Source of the DNA: a virus
DNA length: 16,750 bases
Direction: 5' to 3' (one strand)
IMG/VR virus record: IMGVR_UViG_3300035140_000050
Position numbers and translations under genes: made by a program. The notes under the pieces were generated by a model. It was not told where the DNA came from and ran no database searches. It was given only the letters and a program-made list of their open reading frames with translations. Shown piece by piece: positions 7,171-13,892 of the stretch (positions within the stretch are counted from its first letter, which is position 1; the number at the start of each line of letters is the position of its first letter).

Positions 7171-7257
7171 GGAGAGGTCGCATAGAGGCTGAGTGCACGT
7201 GCTTGGAACGCACGCGGGGTAACACCCACGCGGGTTCGAATCCCGCCCTCTCCGCCA
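7171..7257 (+). tRNA. tRNA-Ser (anticodon GGA), type II, CCA encoded
   Basis: Acceptor ggagagg/cctctcc, D-stem gca/tgc, anticodon stem cgtgc/gcacg with loop ttggaac (anticodon gga), 15-nt variable arm, T-arm gcggg-ttcgaat-cccgc, g + cca. Confidence 0.7.
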
Positions 7258-7260
7258 GCT

Positions 7261-7452
7261 TTGAGGAACGCCGTGGATTTTGAGCCCGAAAAGGATGCCT
7301 GGGACTTATTGAAAGCGGCTGGCTACAAAGAACATCGCTTCGAGATAGCCCCGATTGGTCGGGCACCGACGGAGAAAGAGTATTTAGCGATTTGGTATCT
7401 TTGTGACGAGTGGGATTGGGCTTGGGGAGGATATTCCGATGGCCAAGACTAA
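7261..7452 (+). CDS. small hypothetical protein (Trp/acidic-rich, 63 aa)
   Basis: ORF opens with TTG 4 nt after the tRNA, so the start is uncertain. It overlaps the next gene's start by 14 nt. Confidence 0.35.
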   Translation: MRNAVDFEPEKDAWDLLKAAGYKEHRFEIAPIGRAPTEKEYLAIWYLCDEWDWAWGGYSDGQD

Positions 7453-7702
7453 GATCGTTCACTGCAGACGAGATCCCTATGATGTCTACGTAGGGCGCCC
7501 CTCGAAATGGGGAAATCCCTTCAAAGTCGGAATCCACGGAACACGGACGGAAGTCATTAAGAGATATCGAGCTTGGATATCAGAGCAACCGGAACTGATG
7601 GCCGAGGTGCGTATACTCAAAGGCAGAGTTCTCGGCTGCTGGTGCGCGCCTCTTCCTTGTCATGCCGAAGTGCTAGCCGAGCTAGCAGATCAGGGGGAGT
7701 AA
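7439..7702 (+). CDS. DUF4326-family protein
   Basis: ATG 7439 with RBS ggggagga 7 nt upstream. Motifs match my recollection of DUF4326: IVHCRRDPYDVYVGRPSKWGNPF ... GRVLGCWCAPLPCHAEVL. Confidence 0.55.
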   Translation: MAKTKIVHCRRDPYDVYVGRPSKWGNPFKVGIHGTRTEVIKRYRAWISEQPELMAEVRILKGRVLGCWCAPLPCHAEVLAELADQGE

Positions 7703-7736
7703 TGAAAGTATCTACATCCTTACTCACTTTCCAGAG

Positions 7737-8048
7737 ATGAGCAGTATTGTTATGGAGGCCATTGCGGACACCAAGTATTTGGCCCAGAGGCGGGGCCAGC
7801 TCTACAGAGCGGAAAAACCAATGAGAGAGGCGCGCATATTGTTAACATTGCTCGATGAAGAATCTGTTGGGGTCGAGCCTGCGAACCCTAATGGGGAGCA
7901 CCAAAACATCGAGGACTTTGGCGGCGCGGGTACACTTATAATGACTCTTGAGGAGCTTCGCAAGTTTAGCTCAGATGTTGCGGACGCAGTTACTCGTGAT
8001 GGCCGCGCCACGGCTATCGTTGGTATAAAGCCTAGGAGAGATACATAA
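7737..8048 (+). CDS. hypothetical protein (103 aa)
   Basis: ORF with a weak RBS. Its stop overlaps the next ATG (TAATG). Confidence 0.45.
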   Translation: MSSIVMEAIADTKYLAQRRGQLYRAEKPMREARILLTLLDEESVGVEPANPNGEHQNIEDFGGAGTLIMTLEELRKFSSDVADAVTRDGRATAIVGIKPRRDT

Positions 8049-8137
8049 TGTCGCACAAAGCAGCCCATACACATAGCAGGCGGCGCCGAAAGTTTGGCTC
8101 CAAGAAGAGGAAATCGCGCAAGAATAAGCGTCGATAA
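8048..8137 (+). CDS. 29-aa highly basic peptide (MSHKAAHTHSRRRRKFGSKKRKSRKNKRR)
   Basis: ATG 8048 overlaps the preceding TAA. RBS aggaga 8 nt upstream. Ends TAA 8135-8137. Below the ORF-track size cutoff. Confidence 0.4.
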   Translation: MSHKAAHTHSRRRRKFGSKKRKSRKNKRR

Positions 8138-8160
8138 GGCAGCCATAAGAGGAGAACTAG

Positions 8161-8553
8161 ATGCCCATCGAAGACTACCCCAAGGATATTGACCCGGAGA
8201 TGGTGCCTTACATGGATGCTCTCAACGCTCTTCCAGGCGTCGAAACTCGATCATCCTGCATTGGGCATGATAAGAGCCACGCCCACGTCAGCCTCTGCAT
8301 CAGTTGGTCATTCGACCAACTTTTCCGGGTATTTATGCAGCTGGAGGCGGCGCCCGACGGAAACTTCGTAGTAGGGCTGAATGGTTACGAAGTCGGGGTA
8401 GGCATTCCACGGTGGGTAATCTGGTTTGAGGACAAGTGGGAAGAGCAAATTAAGCTGCTCATTTTCTTCTTGGGTCGAGCCTGTGTTAGCCCCGCTTTCG
8501 TCCTTGAGGATTTACTCAAAGTCGGAAAGGAGAAAATTGGTAATGAGTGTTGA
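8161..8553 (+). CDS. hypothetical protein (130 aa)
   Basis: ATG 8161 with a strong RBS aagaggag 6 nt upstream. Confidence 0.55.
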   Translation: MPIEDYPKDIDPEMVPYMDALNALPGVETRSSCIGHDKSHAHVSLCISWSFDQLFRVFMQLEAAPDGNFVVGLNGYEVGVGIPRWVIWFEDKWEEQIKLLIFFLGRACVSPAFVLEDLLKVGKEKIGNEC

Positions 8554-8953
8554 TTATTCGGCCCTCACCGTAGTTGGTGTTAAGATTAATAGAGCCGATC
8601 TTTCGGAAAAGCACGAAGTTCGGGGTTGCGCTCACGAAGTTCCTCCCGACGCCGCCTATTGTCCTACGTGTGGCAAGAAAATTAAGAACATCGTGGTGGC
8701 TCCTCTTCCCATCTTCGAGAAGGGCAACGGCAAAGTAGGTCCGTTTGATGCCATAGATAGCAGGACATCCGACGGGCTGGTCGTTGGAGTGGTGCTAGGC
8801 CTGTCCGGCGGCTATTGTGGATCCTTCAATTACTATGATCCCACCAAGCTGGACATCCAGAAAACCAAAGCAGAGCTGAAGGCGCTACTTGAGCCCTACG
8901 ACCTGTTCAAGGAGAACTCTTTTGGTCTCTGGACGGTTTTGCGGTGCGCGTAA
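8543..8953 (+). CDS. hypothetical protein with C..H...YCPTCG zinc-ribbon-like motif (136 aa)
   Basis: The track ORF starts at 8426. The internal ATG at 8543 has RBS aaggag and overlaps the previous stop by 11 nt, so it is the likelier start. Confidence 0.5.
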   Translation: MSVDYSALTVVGVKINRADLSEKHEVRGCAHEVPPDAAYCPTCGKKIKNIVVAPLPIFEKGNGKVGPFDAIDSRTSDGLVVGVVLGLSGGYCGSFNYYDPTKLDIQKTKAELKALLEPYDLFKENSFGLWTVLRCA

Positions 8954-9438
8954 CCATGAAACTAACTGTCAAAATAAATGAGCCCCAAAAAGAAGTTCCG
9001 GAAGTGCTGGTCAATGGAAAGCCAGCAAAACGACTATATCTAGCCTCCGAACATCAAGGGGAACGCTTGATCTATCGCAGAGGCTCGGTTATTGTAAAAG
9101 TTGAGCCTCCCATGCCTGCCTTTGATCAATCTGCCCGAGAGCTTTACCTATGGAATCAATTAATAGAAGAAGAGGATAAATGGTGCTTTGGTCCCATTTT
9201 GGCTGGTGAAAAAGCGCGACGGGGACACCGAGGCTGGATTGCTCAGCCTTTCTACAGATTTAGGCGGGGGCGGCGCCCCACGTCGGCTTGGGAATTAGTT
9301 CGATATTTAGGGGAAAAATATAATATCCAGGACTTCATTAATTGGTCGGACGAGCCTGCGGATTATCCAATCATGAATTGGGGAATGATACGAAAGAGGA
9401 AGAAAATACAACCCATAATTTTCGATTACGGGTGGTGA
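8944..9438 (+). CDS. hypothetical protein (about 160 aa, Arg-rich centre)
   Basis: GTG 8944 or ATG 8956, with a weak RBS. Confidence 0.45.
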   Translation: MRVTMKLTVKINEPQKEVPEVLVNGKPAKRLYLASEHQGERLIYRRGSVIVKVEPPMPAFDQSARELYLWNQLIEEEDKWCFGPILAGEKARRGHRGWIAQPFYRFRRGRRPTSAWELVRYLGEKYNIQDFINWSDEPADYPIMNWGMIRKRKKIQPIIFDYGW

Positions 9439-9441
9439 TCT

Positions 9442-9576
9442 ATGGCTGACGATAATGATCAAGAGTTGCCAGTAGATTGGGCTGAATTAGTATTAGACAA
9501 TAAGAGTACCGAGGACGAGCTAGACGAGGAGATGATGACCACATTTGATGAGTGGTCTGGACCAGACGAAGATTGA
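9442..9576 (+). CDS. 44-aa strongly acidic peptide (MADDNDQELPVDWAELVLDNKSTEDELDEEMMTTFDEWSGPDED)
   Basis: ATG 9442 lies 3 nt after the previous stop, with gggtggtga upstream. Below the track cutoff. Confidence 0.35.
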   Translation: MADDNDQELPVDWAELVLDNKSTEDELDEEMMTTFDEWSGPDED

Positions 9577-9854
9577 TAGGAAAAAAGTTGCCAAGAATCA
9601 GAATTACTCCTGCGGCCAGACAAGAGGCATTAGATGCTATTTCCAGGACACTAGAATGGCGGCTGGATCAAAAAGGTCCGCTTAGCTACACATCGTCCCA
9701 TGAGGTTTTGGGGATCATCACCGAAGAGTATCTTGAACTTATTGATGCAGTCAAAGCAAACGACCGCGCTGCGATTATTCGAGAGCTTCATGATATTGGC
9801 GTAGCGGCCATTTTTGGAGTAGCCAGCGCTGAGGAAGGAGGGTTTGATTGGTGA
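9552..9854 (+). CDS. possible MazG-like all-alpha NTP pyrophosphohydrolase
   Basis: Pattern LGIITEEYLELIDAVKAND...IIRELHDIGVAAIFGVAS resembles the EE..EL......D helical pair of MazG/HisE-type NTP-PPases. Start uncertain: ATG 9552 or TTG 9588. Confidence 0.35.
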   Translation: MVWTRRRLIGKKLPRIRITPAARQEALDAISRTLEWRLDQKGPLSYTSSHEVLGIITEEYLELIDAVKANDRAAIIRELHDIGVAAIFGVASAEEGGFDW

Positions 9855-10570
9855 GTCTATTCTACAAAGAAAATCCCAAAACGCGGGGCAGCGGAATTAT
9901 TTGTGCAATTCCGCAGAGAGGAACATGCCCCAACAAATGTTCGGATTGCTTCTTCCAATCTGGCAGATCGTATCTGGAGCCCCTTGAGGATAATCTCCCA
10001 AACATGCCGACGTATGATGATGTAGAAGGTCGCGTCGTGCGCGTGAACGACGGCAATGACAGCAACGTGCAGCGTGATCTAGTAATAAGCGAGACGGCGC
10101 GATATCCTCTACGGTTCTACAATACAGCAATCCCATCACTAGATTTTCCGGCGCCCGTTGTCTTGACCGTAAATCCCGGTGAAATGACGGATGAGGACTT
10201 TCATGGGATAGACGAGCCACCGATTAATCTGATGTTCGTGCGTATTCGAACGAATACATGGAACATGGCTACGGTGGCGCGTGCGGTAGCATATTATACT
10301 TCACGCGATGTGCCCGTTGTCCTGACATTCATGGCATACTTTGACCAGGACATCTCGCCCCAATATCGGCGCGACTACGAATTCCGTAAGCGCACATTGA
10401 ATTCGTATTGGTGCATCACCAAGGATGCTTACGCGCGCGTGATGGAGCGGTTCAAAGATGATTTTCCCGTCTACTCATGTAGTGGTCCAGGGCCGAGCGG
10501 CTGCAAGCATTGCGGGAACTGTCTGCGCGAATATTTCGCAACTATGGAACGGATGCAAAAGAATTTATAG
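9848..10570 (+). CDS. CxxxCxxC protein, possible radical-SAM-like enzyme (240 aa)
   Basis: Strong RBS aggaaggaggg immediately upstream of TTG 9848 / GTG 9851. N-terminal motif GTCPNKCSDCFF has C-x3-C-x2-C spacing. A second Cys cluster CSGPGPSGCKHCGNC lies near the C-terminus. No clear GGE/SAM motif seen. Confidence 0.35.
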   Translation: MVSLFYKENPKTRGSGIICAIPQRGTCPNKCSDCFFQSGRSYLEPLEDNLPNMPTYDDVEGRVVRVNDGNDSNVQRDLVISETARYPLRFYNTAIPSLDFPAPVVLTVNPGEMTDEDFHGIDEPPINLMFVRIRTNTWNMATVARAVAYYTSRDVPVVLTFMAYFDQDISPQYRRDYEFRKRTLNSYWCITKDAYARVMERFKDDFPVYSCSGPGPSGCKHCGNCLREYFATMERMQKNL

Positions 10571-10648
10571 GCTAATAACATGCGCAATAAGGGCCACACC
10601 TTTAGGAGACCCATAAAAAGAGGCTCTGAGGTCTTGATGAGAGGATAA

Positions 10649-11230
10649 ATGACTATGAGCGAGGATTGTCATGATTGCTACGGGCCTGATCCTGTTCGGT
10701 GGGAAGGAGAGCCCGTCGGCCCCCGCATGCGGGAAGGAGGGAGCATAAGGGAGGACATGCAGTGTCCGAACTGTGGTAGCCACGAGGTCTTTCCGGACCA
10801 CGGAGGTTACTATTGGCATTTTGATGATGACGAGGGGCGGCCCTGGCTGTGTAATGGGTGCGGGGGCCGCCCCAAACGGGCTTTTTTGATTTGTCCCGTT
10901 CGGGGAGTTTCTCCCGATGAGACCAAAGATCTGGTTGAGAGCCTCGAAAAGGACGGCTGGACGATTCATTGGCCCCCGCGCGATACAAACCAGGACGACC
11001 CAACGGGGCTGAGGATATGTGAAGATAACAGACAGGCCATTGCGGACGCCGCAGTGGTTTTCTTTGTATGGGACGGCAAATCCCAAGGGTGCCTTTTCGA
11101 TCTTGGGATGGCCTTTGCTATGAAAAAGCCTGTTCGATGCATGCTGCTTCCTCAGCCAACCGACGGCAAAAGCTTTCAGAATATGGCGCGGGAATGGGAG
11201 CAACGGACGACTCCGGAGAAAGAGAAATGA
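10649..11230 (+). CDS. nucleoside 2-deoxyribosyltransferase (NDT/DNPH1)-like domain fused to N-terminal zinc-ribbon motifs
   Basis: C-terminal half FLICPVRG...DNRQAIADAAVVFFVWDGKSQGCLFDLGMAFAMKKPV matches the NDT/Rcl flavodoxin-like fold pattern (..D.aD.vva..dg...Gt.fElG.A.a.gKPV). N-terminal half has CHDC...CPNCG...CNGCGG. RBS gagagga. Confidence 0.45.
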   Translation: MTMSEDCHDCYGPDPVRWEGEPVGPRMREGGSIREDMQCPNCGSHEVFPDHGGYYWHFDDDEGRPWLCNGCGGRPKRAFLICPVRGVSPDETKDLVESLEKDGWTIHWPPRDTNQDDPTGLRICEDNRQAIADAAVVFFVWDGKSQGCLFDLGMAFAMKKPVRCMLLPQPTDGKSFQNMAREWEQRTTPEKEK

Positions 11231-11520
11231 GGATACACCAGATATTGTCCCCCGAAATAAGGGACAAGATACCTGATGTCTCTTTTGTCTGCCTGATTCG
11301 CCTTTCTCTAGTACCCGAAGCGCCTGATCAGGCGATGCTGCGGCCAGAGTCCGTGAAGTCGCTAGCTCAATTTCTTGAGCAATCAGACTGGCCCGAAAAT
11401 GCCGCCCTCCTTCTTACCCCTCACGGTAACCTTGAATTAGGATGGGCTGAGGGGGGCTATGATTGCGGCATTGAATTCAAGGACGTAGATAGTGTCGAGT
11501 CCTGGAAATTCGAGGTTTGA
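11227..11520 (+). CDS. hypothetical protein (97 aa)
   Basis: The track ORF 11068-11520 overlaps the previous gene. ATG 11227 is preceded by ggagaaagagaa and forms an ATGA overlap with the previous stop. Confidence 0.45.
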   Translation: MRIHQILSPEIRDKIPDVSFVCLIRLSLVPEAPDQAMLRPESVKSLAQFLEQSDWPENAALLLTPHGNLELGWAEGGYDCGIEFKDVDSVESWKFEV

Positions 11521-11926
11521 AGTGGATCCGGTTAGCCTTCGTCGACTGACCTTAGAAGAAGTTCAGCAGGGCGGGCTTCATTTGGTTGATTTTGATGGGA
11601 CAATGACTACGGGAGGCTACCCCGACATTGGGGAATACAGGCCCAAAGTTATAGCCTATCTTTCTCTCCTTCGTACCACGGCCCCCGTTGTGATCTGGAC
11701 ATGCCGAACATCTCTAGCACTGTGCAAGACCCCAATTGATGTTTCTGAAGCCGTGCGGCAAATCGAGGCGTGGCTAACAGAGAACGAGATCGATCAAATT
11801 GACGGCATCTTGATGCACGACAAACCGATCTGCATATCCTACATTGGCGACGAGACAATTCATCCCGATGAAATAGAACGAGTGAACGAGATCATAAACT
11901 TAGTTGCGTTGAGTAAGACAAAGTAA
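11492..11926 (+). CDS. HAD-superfamily phosphatase-like small protein
   Basis: HAD motif I LVDFDGTMT (DxDGT), motif II VVIWTCRTS, motif IV-like YIGDETIHPDE. Alternative GTG start at 11522 with gaggt 5 nt upstream. Confidence 0.5.
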   Translation: MSSPGNSRFEVDPVSLRRLTLEEVQQGGLHLVDFDGTMTTGGYPDIGEYRPKVIAYLSLLRTTAPVVIWTCRTSLALCKTPIDVSEAVRQIEAWLTENEIDQIDGILMHDKPICISYIGDETIHPDEIERVNEIINLVALSKTK

Positions 11927-11938
11927 AGCACTCAAGTC

Positions 11939-11965
11939 TTGACTAAAGATTAGTTGTGGTATTTT
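11939..11965 (+). promoter_or_regulatory. candidate sigma70-like promoter: TTGACT - 15 nt - TGg-TATTTT (extended -10)
   Basis: Sits in the 52-nt gap after a long run of translationally coupled genes. Hexamers read directly from the sequence. The spacer is short (15 nt), hence low confidence. Confidence 0.25.
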
Positions 11966-11978
11966 GCAGGAATAGATC

Positions 11979-12158
11979 ATGGTACACGGTATATACGCCT
12001 ACATCAACAGAGATGCCCTCAGAGACCATGTTAAGCGCGTATGTAAGAAAAATACAAAAGCAAAATGTAAGTGCTGCCAAAAGTGTCCTTTTAGGGACGC
12101 AGTAGAGAACATGTTGGCTGTTCTGGCTGTGGAGAAGAAACTTGGGAAGCATAAGTGA
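11979..12158 (+). CDS. 59-aa Cys-rich basic small protein (…CKKNTKAKCKCCQKCPF…)
   Basis: ATG 11979 with RBS aggaa 6 nt upstream, ending TGA 12156-12158. Below the track cutoff. Confidence 0.4.
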   Translation: MVHGIYAYINRDALRDHVKRVCKKNTKAKCKCCQKCPFRDAVENMLAVLAVEKKLGKHK

Positions 12159-12714
12159 TACTGAGCTTGAGCGTTTTCTGCTCTTCTCAATCGCCGTGGC
12201 CGGCAAGACAGCTTGGATGATCGAGAAAGCAATGGACGCCTTTCTTGGTGATGCAAAGCAGCCGTTTGCCGAGGTTCGACGGCTGGTTAAACAGCGTCGG
12301 CTGAGGAGCAGGCTCAAGCAGGCCCGAATGGGGCAATACGCTAAGATAACCAGGGGCTTCAAGGAGGTCGCATTCAGCGGCCTTGATCTGCGTACCTGCA
12401 CTCCCGACGATCTCATGACGATTCACGGTATCGGTCCCAAGACGGCCCGCTTCTTCCTGCTCTACACGAGGAAGGATGCTCGATACGCTGTACTGGACAC
12501 TCATATCTTGGCTTTCCTTAGAGAAGCAGGGCACAAGGTTCCTAAGACGACACCACAAGGAGCCAAACGATACGCAGAGCTTGAGGCGTTGGTCTTGAAG
12601 ATTGCTGACGAGCAGGGTGTGAGGCCTGCCGATTTTGATACGGCCATTTGGATGAGCCGAGCCAGGCGTAATCCAAATACAGGACGAGCGAATCCGGGGG
12701 TGCCTGAGCTATGA
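12142..12714 (+). CDS. HhH-GPD superfamily DNA glycosylase, small 8-oxoguanine-glycosylase (Ogg2/thermostable Ogg)-like
   Basis: Helix-hairpin-helix IHGIGPKTARFFL followed by an Asp-containing segment (RYAVLDTHILAFL), plus N-terminal FSIAVAGKTA resembling the F.ILTANSSA block of small Oggs. TTG start at 12142. Confidence 0.5.
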   Translation: MGSISDTELERFLLFSIAVAGKTAWMIEKAMDAFLGDAKQPFAEVRRLVKQRRLRSRLKQARMGQYAKITRGFKEVAFSGLDLRTCTPDDLMTIHGIGPKTARFFLLYTRKDARYAVLDTHILAFLREAGHKVPKTTPQGAKRYAELEALVLKIADEQGVRPADFDTAIWMSRARRNPNTGRANPGVPEL

Positions 12715-12965
12715 GCAAGAAGTGGAAGACGGAAGCTATCGCTAAACGGGTGAGGGAGGCCAAGAACATCGTTATTGCTACGCTCGGGGTAGTGGGTGGG
12801 GAAGTGCTGCCCGAGACTCAACTCGATAAACTAGCCCACGACGACATCGATCTTTTGGCACTCTATATGGAACTTGAGGATTCTTTCTATATAGAGATCC
12901 AGGAGGATACACCTCCTAAGACAGTGCAGGATTGCATTGATCTGGCAATTCAGGAGCTACGCTAG
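12711..12965 (+). CDS. acyl-carrier-protein-like protein lacking the phosphopantetheine-attachment Ser
   Basis: ATGA overlap with the previous gene. LAHDDIDLLALYMELEDSFYIEIQEDTPPKTVQDCIDLAIQEL aligns by eye to E. coli ACP [41 protein letters not shown], but the DSL serine is replaced (DDI). Confidence 0.5.
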   Translation: MSKKWKTEAIAKRVREAKNIVIATLGVVGGEVLPETQLDKLAHDDIDLLALYMELEDSFYIEIQEDTPPKTVQDCIDLAIQELR

Positions 12966-12983
12966 CTCTAGAGAGCGCTGACC

Positions 12984-13226
12984 ATGATACGGCTCATCCA
13001 GTGCCCCAAGAGCACTCTCAGAGGAATCATCAGGGGAGCGATCAGAGGCTACATTAACGACCACCCCGGTACGCTTGATATTCAGCACGTTGAGAGCCTT
13101 GCGAAGAGAGTGACGGGGTGCGTAGCGGGCGCGGTTTCGGTCGCCCTCGATAATCTCAAGGATCAGATAGAAGAGCTTAAGCAGTCTGCAGATTCCATTC
13201 CCGCCAAAGTTCCCAATGAAAACTGA
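12984..13226 (+). CDS. hypothetical protein (80 aa)
   Basis: ORF with a weak RBS and no motif. Confidence 0.4.
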   Translation: MIRLIQCPKSTLRGIIRGAIRGYINDHPGTLDIQHVESLAKRVTGCVAGAVSVALDNLKDQIEELKQSADSIPAKVPNEN

Positions 13227-13277
13227 GCCCCCTTGACTTGCCCATGATTTGGTCCCTGTATTTGTAGGGAGTGTCCT

Positions 13278-13892
13278 ATGGGTAGAATCTACGCCGATCT
13301 CGATGAGCTTATGGAAGCTGCTCGTAACTCCGGGGTTACCCGAGACGACGTGATAATGATCAACGGAAAGCCCGTAAAACTGCGCCCAAAGATCCGCTCC
13401 CACTGTCTTCCTGGAGGCTTAAATAACCCCGATAGGTGGACCCCCCAGAGGCCGTGGTTCGAAACACATACCGTACAATGGGGCGACATGGGAGTAGTTA
13501 TCGGATCCAAGGGCACATACCGCACCGCGTTTTTTGAAGTATTTTCGACCATTGACCCAAGATTCGTGCGGGGCGAGGGAAGTACAGTCGAAGAGGCCGA
13601 GGCAGACGCGTGGCAAAAAACAGTGAAGTTCTGCAAGTGCCAGAATCATGAATTCGAACGAGGCACGTATAGAAACGGCGCGGGACTCTGCAAGCACTGT
13701 GGTATGTTCAAATCGGGTGTCTTCCCCCCGAGTACGCATTGTACGATCTGTGGCATCCCCACTTATTGGACTTATGATACGGATGATAACTGGTATTGTG
13801 AGAAACATGCCAATGACATTCCTGAGGAGAAGCTGACTGCCTCGGGCAAGTTTATCCGCGATATACGGAGGGACGAAAAAAATGACTCCTAA
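13278..13892 (+). CDS. hypothetical protein with C-terminal Cys/His cluster (CKC..H...CKHCG...HCTICG...CEKH)
   Basis: ATG 13278 with RBS taggga 6 nt upstream. Confidence 0.5.
   Translation: MGRIYADLDELMEAARNSGVTRDDVIMINGKPVKLRPKIRSHCLPGGLNNPDRWTPQRPWFETHTVQWGDMGVVIGSKGTYRTAFFEVFSTIDPRFVRGEGSTVEEAEADAWQKTVKFCKCQNHEFERGTYRNGAGLCKHCGMFKSGVFPPSTHCTICGIPTYWTYDTDDNWYCEKHANDIPEEKLTASGKFIRDIRRDEKNDS

Noticed and set aside
7142-7171. TTGACC-18nt-TGTAAT promoter-like hexamers
   Set aside because: The -10 element abuts or overlaps nucleotide 1 of tRNA-Ser(GGA), so initiation would fall inside the mature tRNA. Probably chance.
8426-8542. 5' extension of the 8426-8953 ORF
   Set aside because: It overlaps the preceding 130-aa gene for 128 nt. 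An internal ATG at 8543 has a canonical aaggag RBS.
11068-11226. 5' extension of the 11068-11520 ORF into the NDT-like gene
   Set aside because: It is out of frame within a recognisable domain. An internal ATG at 11227 with an RBS and an ATGA stop-start overlap gives a cleaner gene model.
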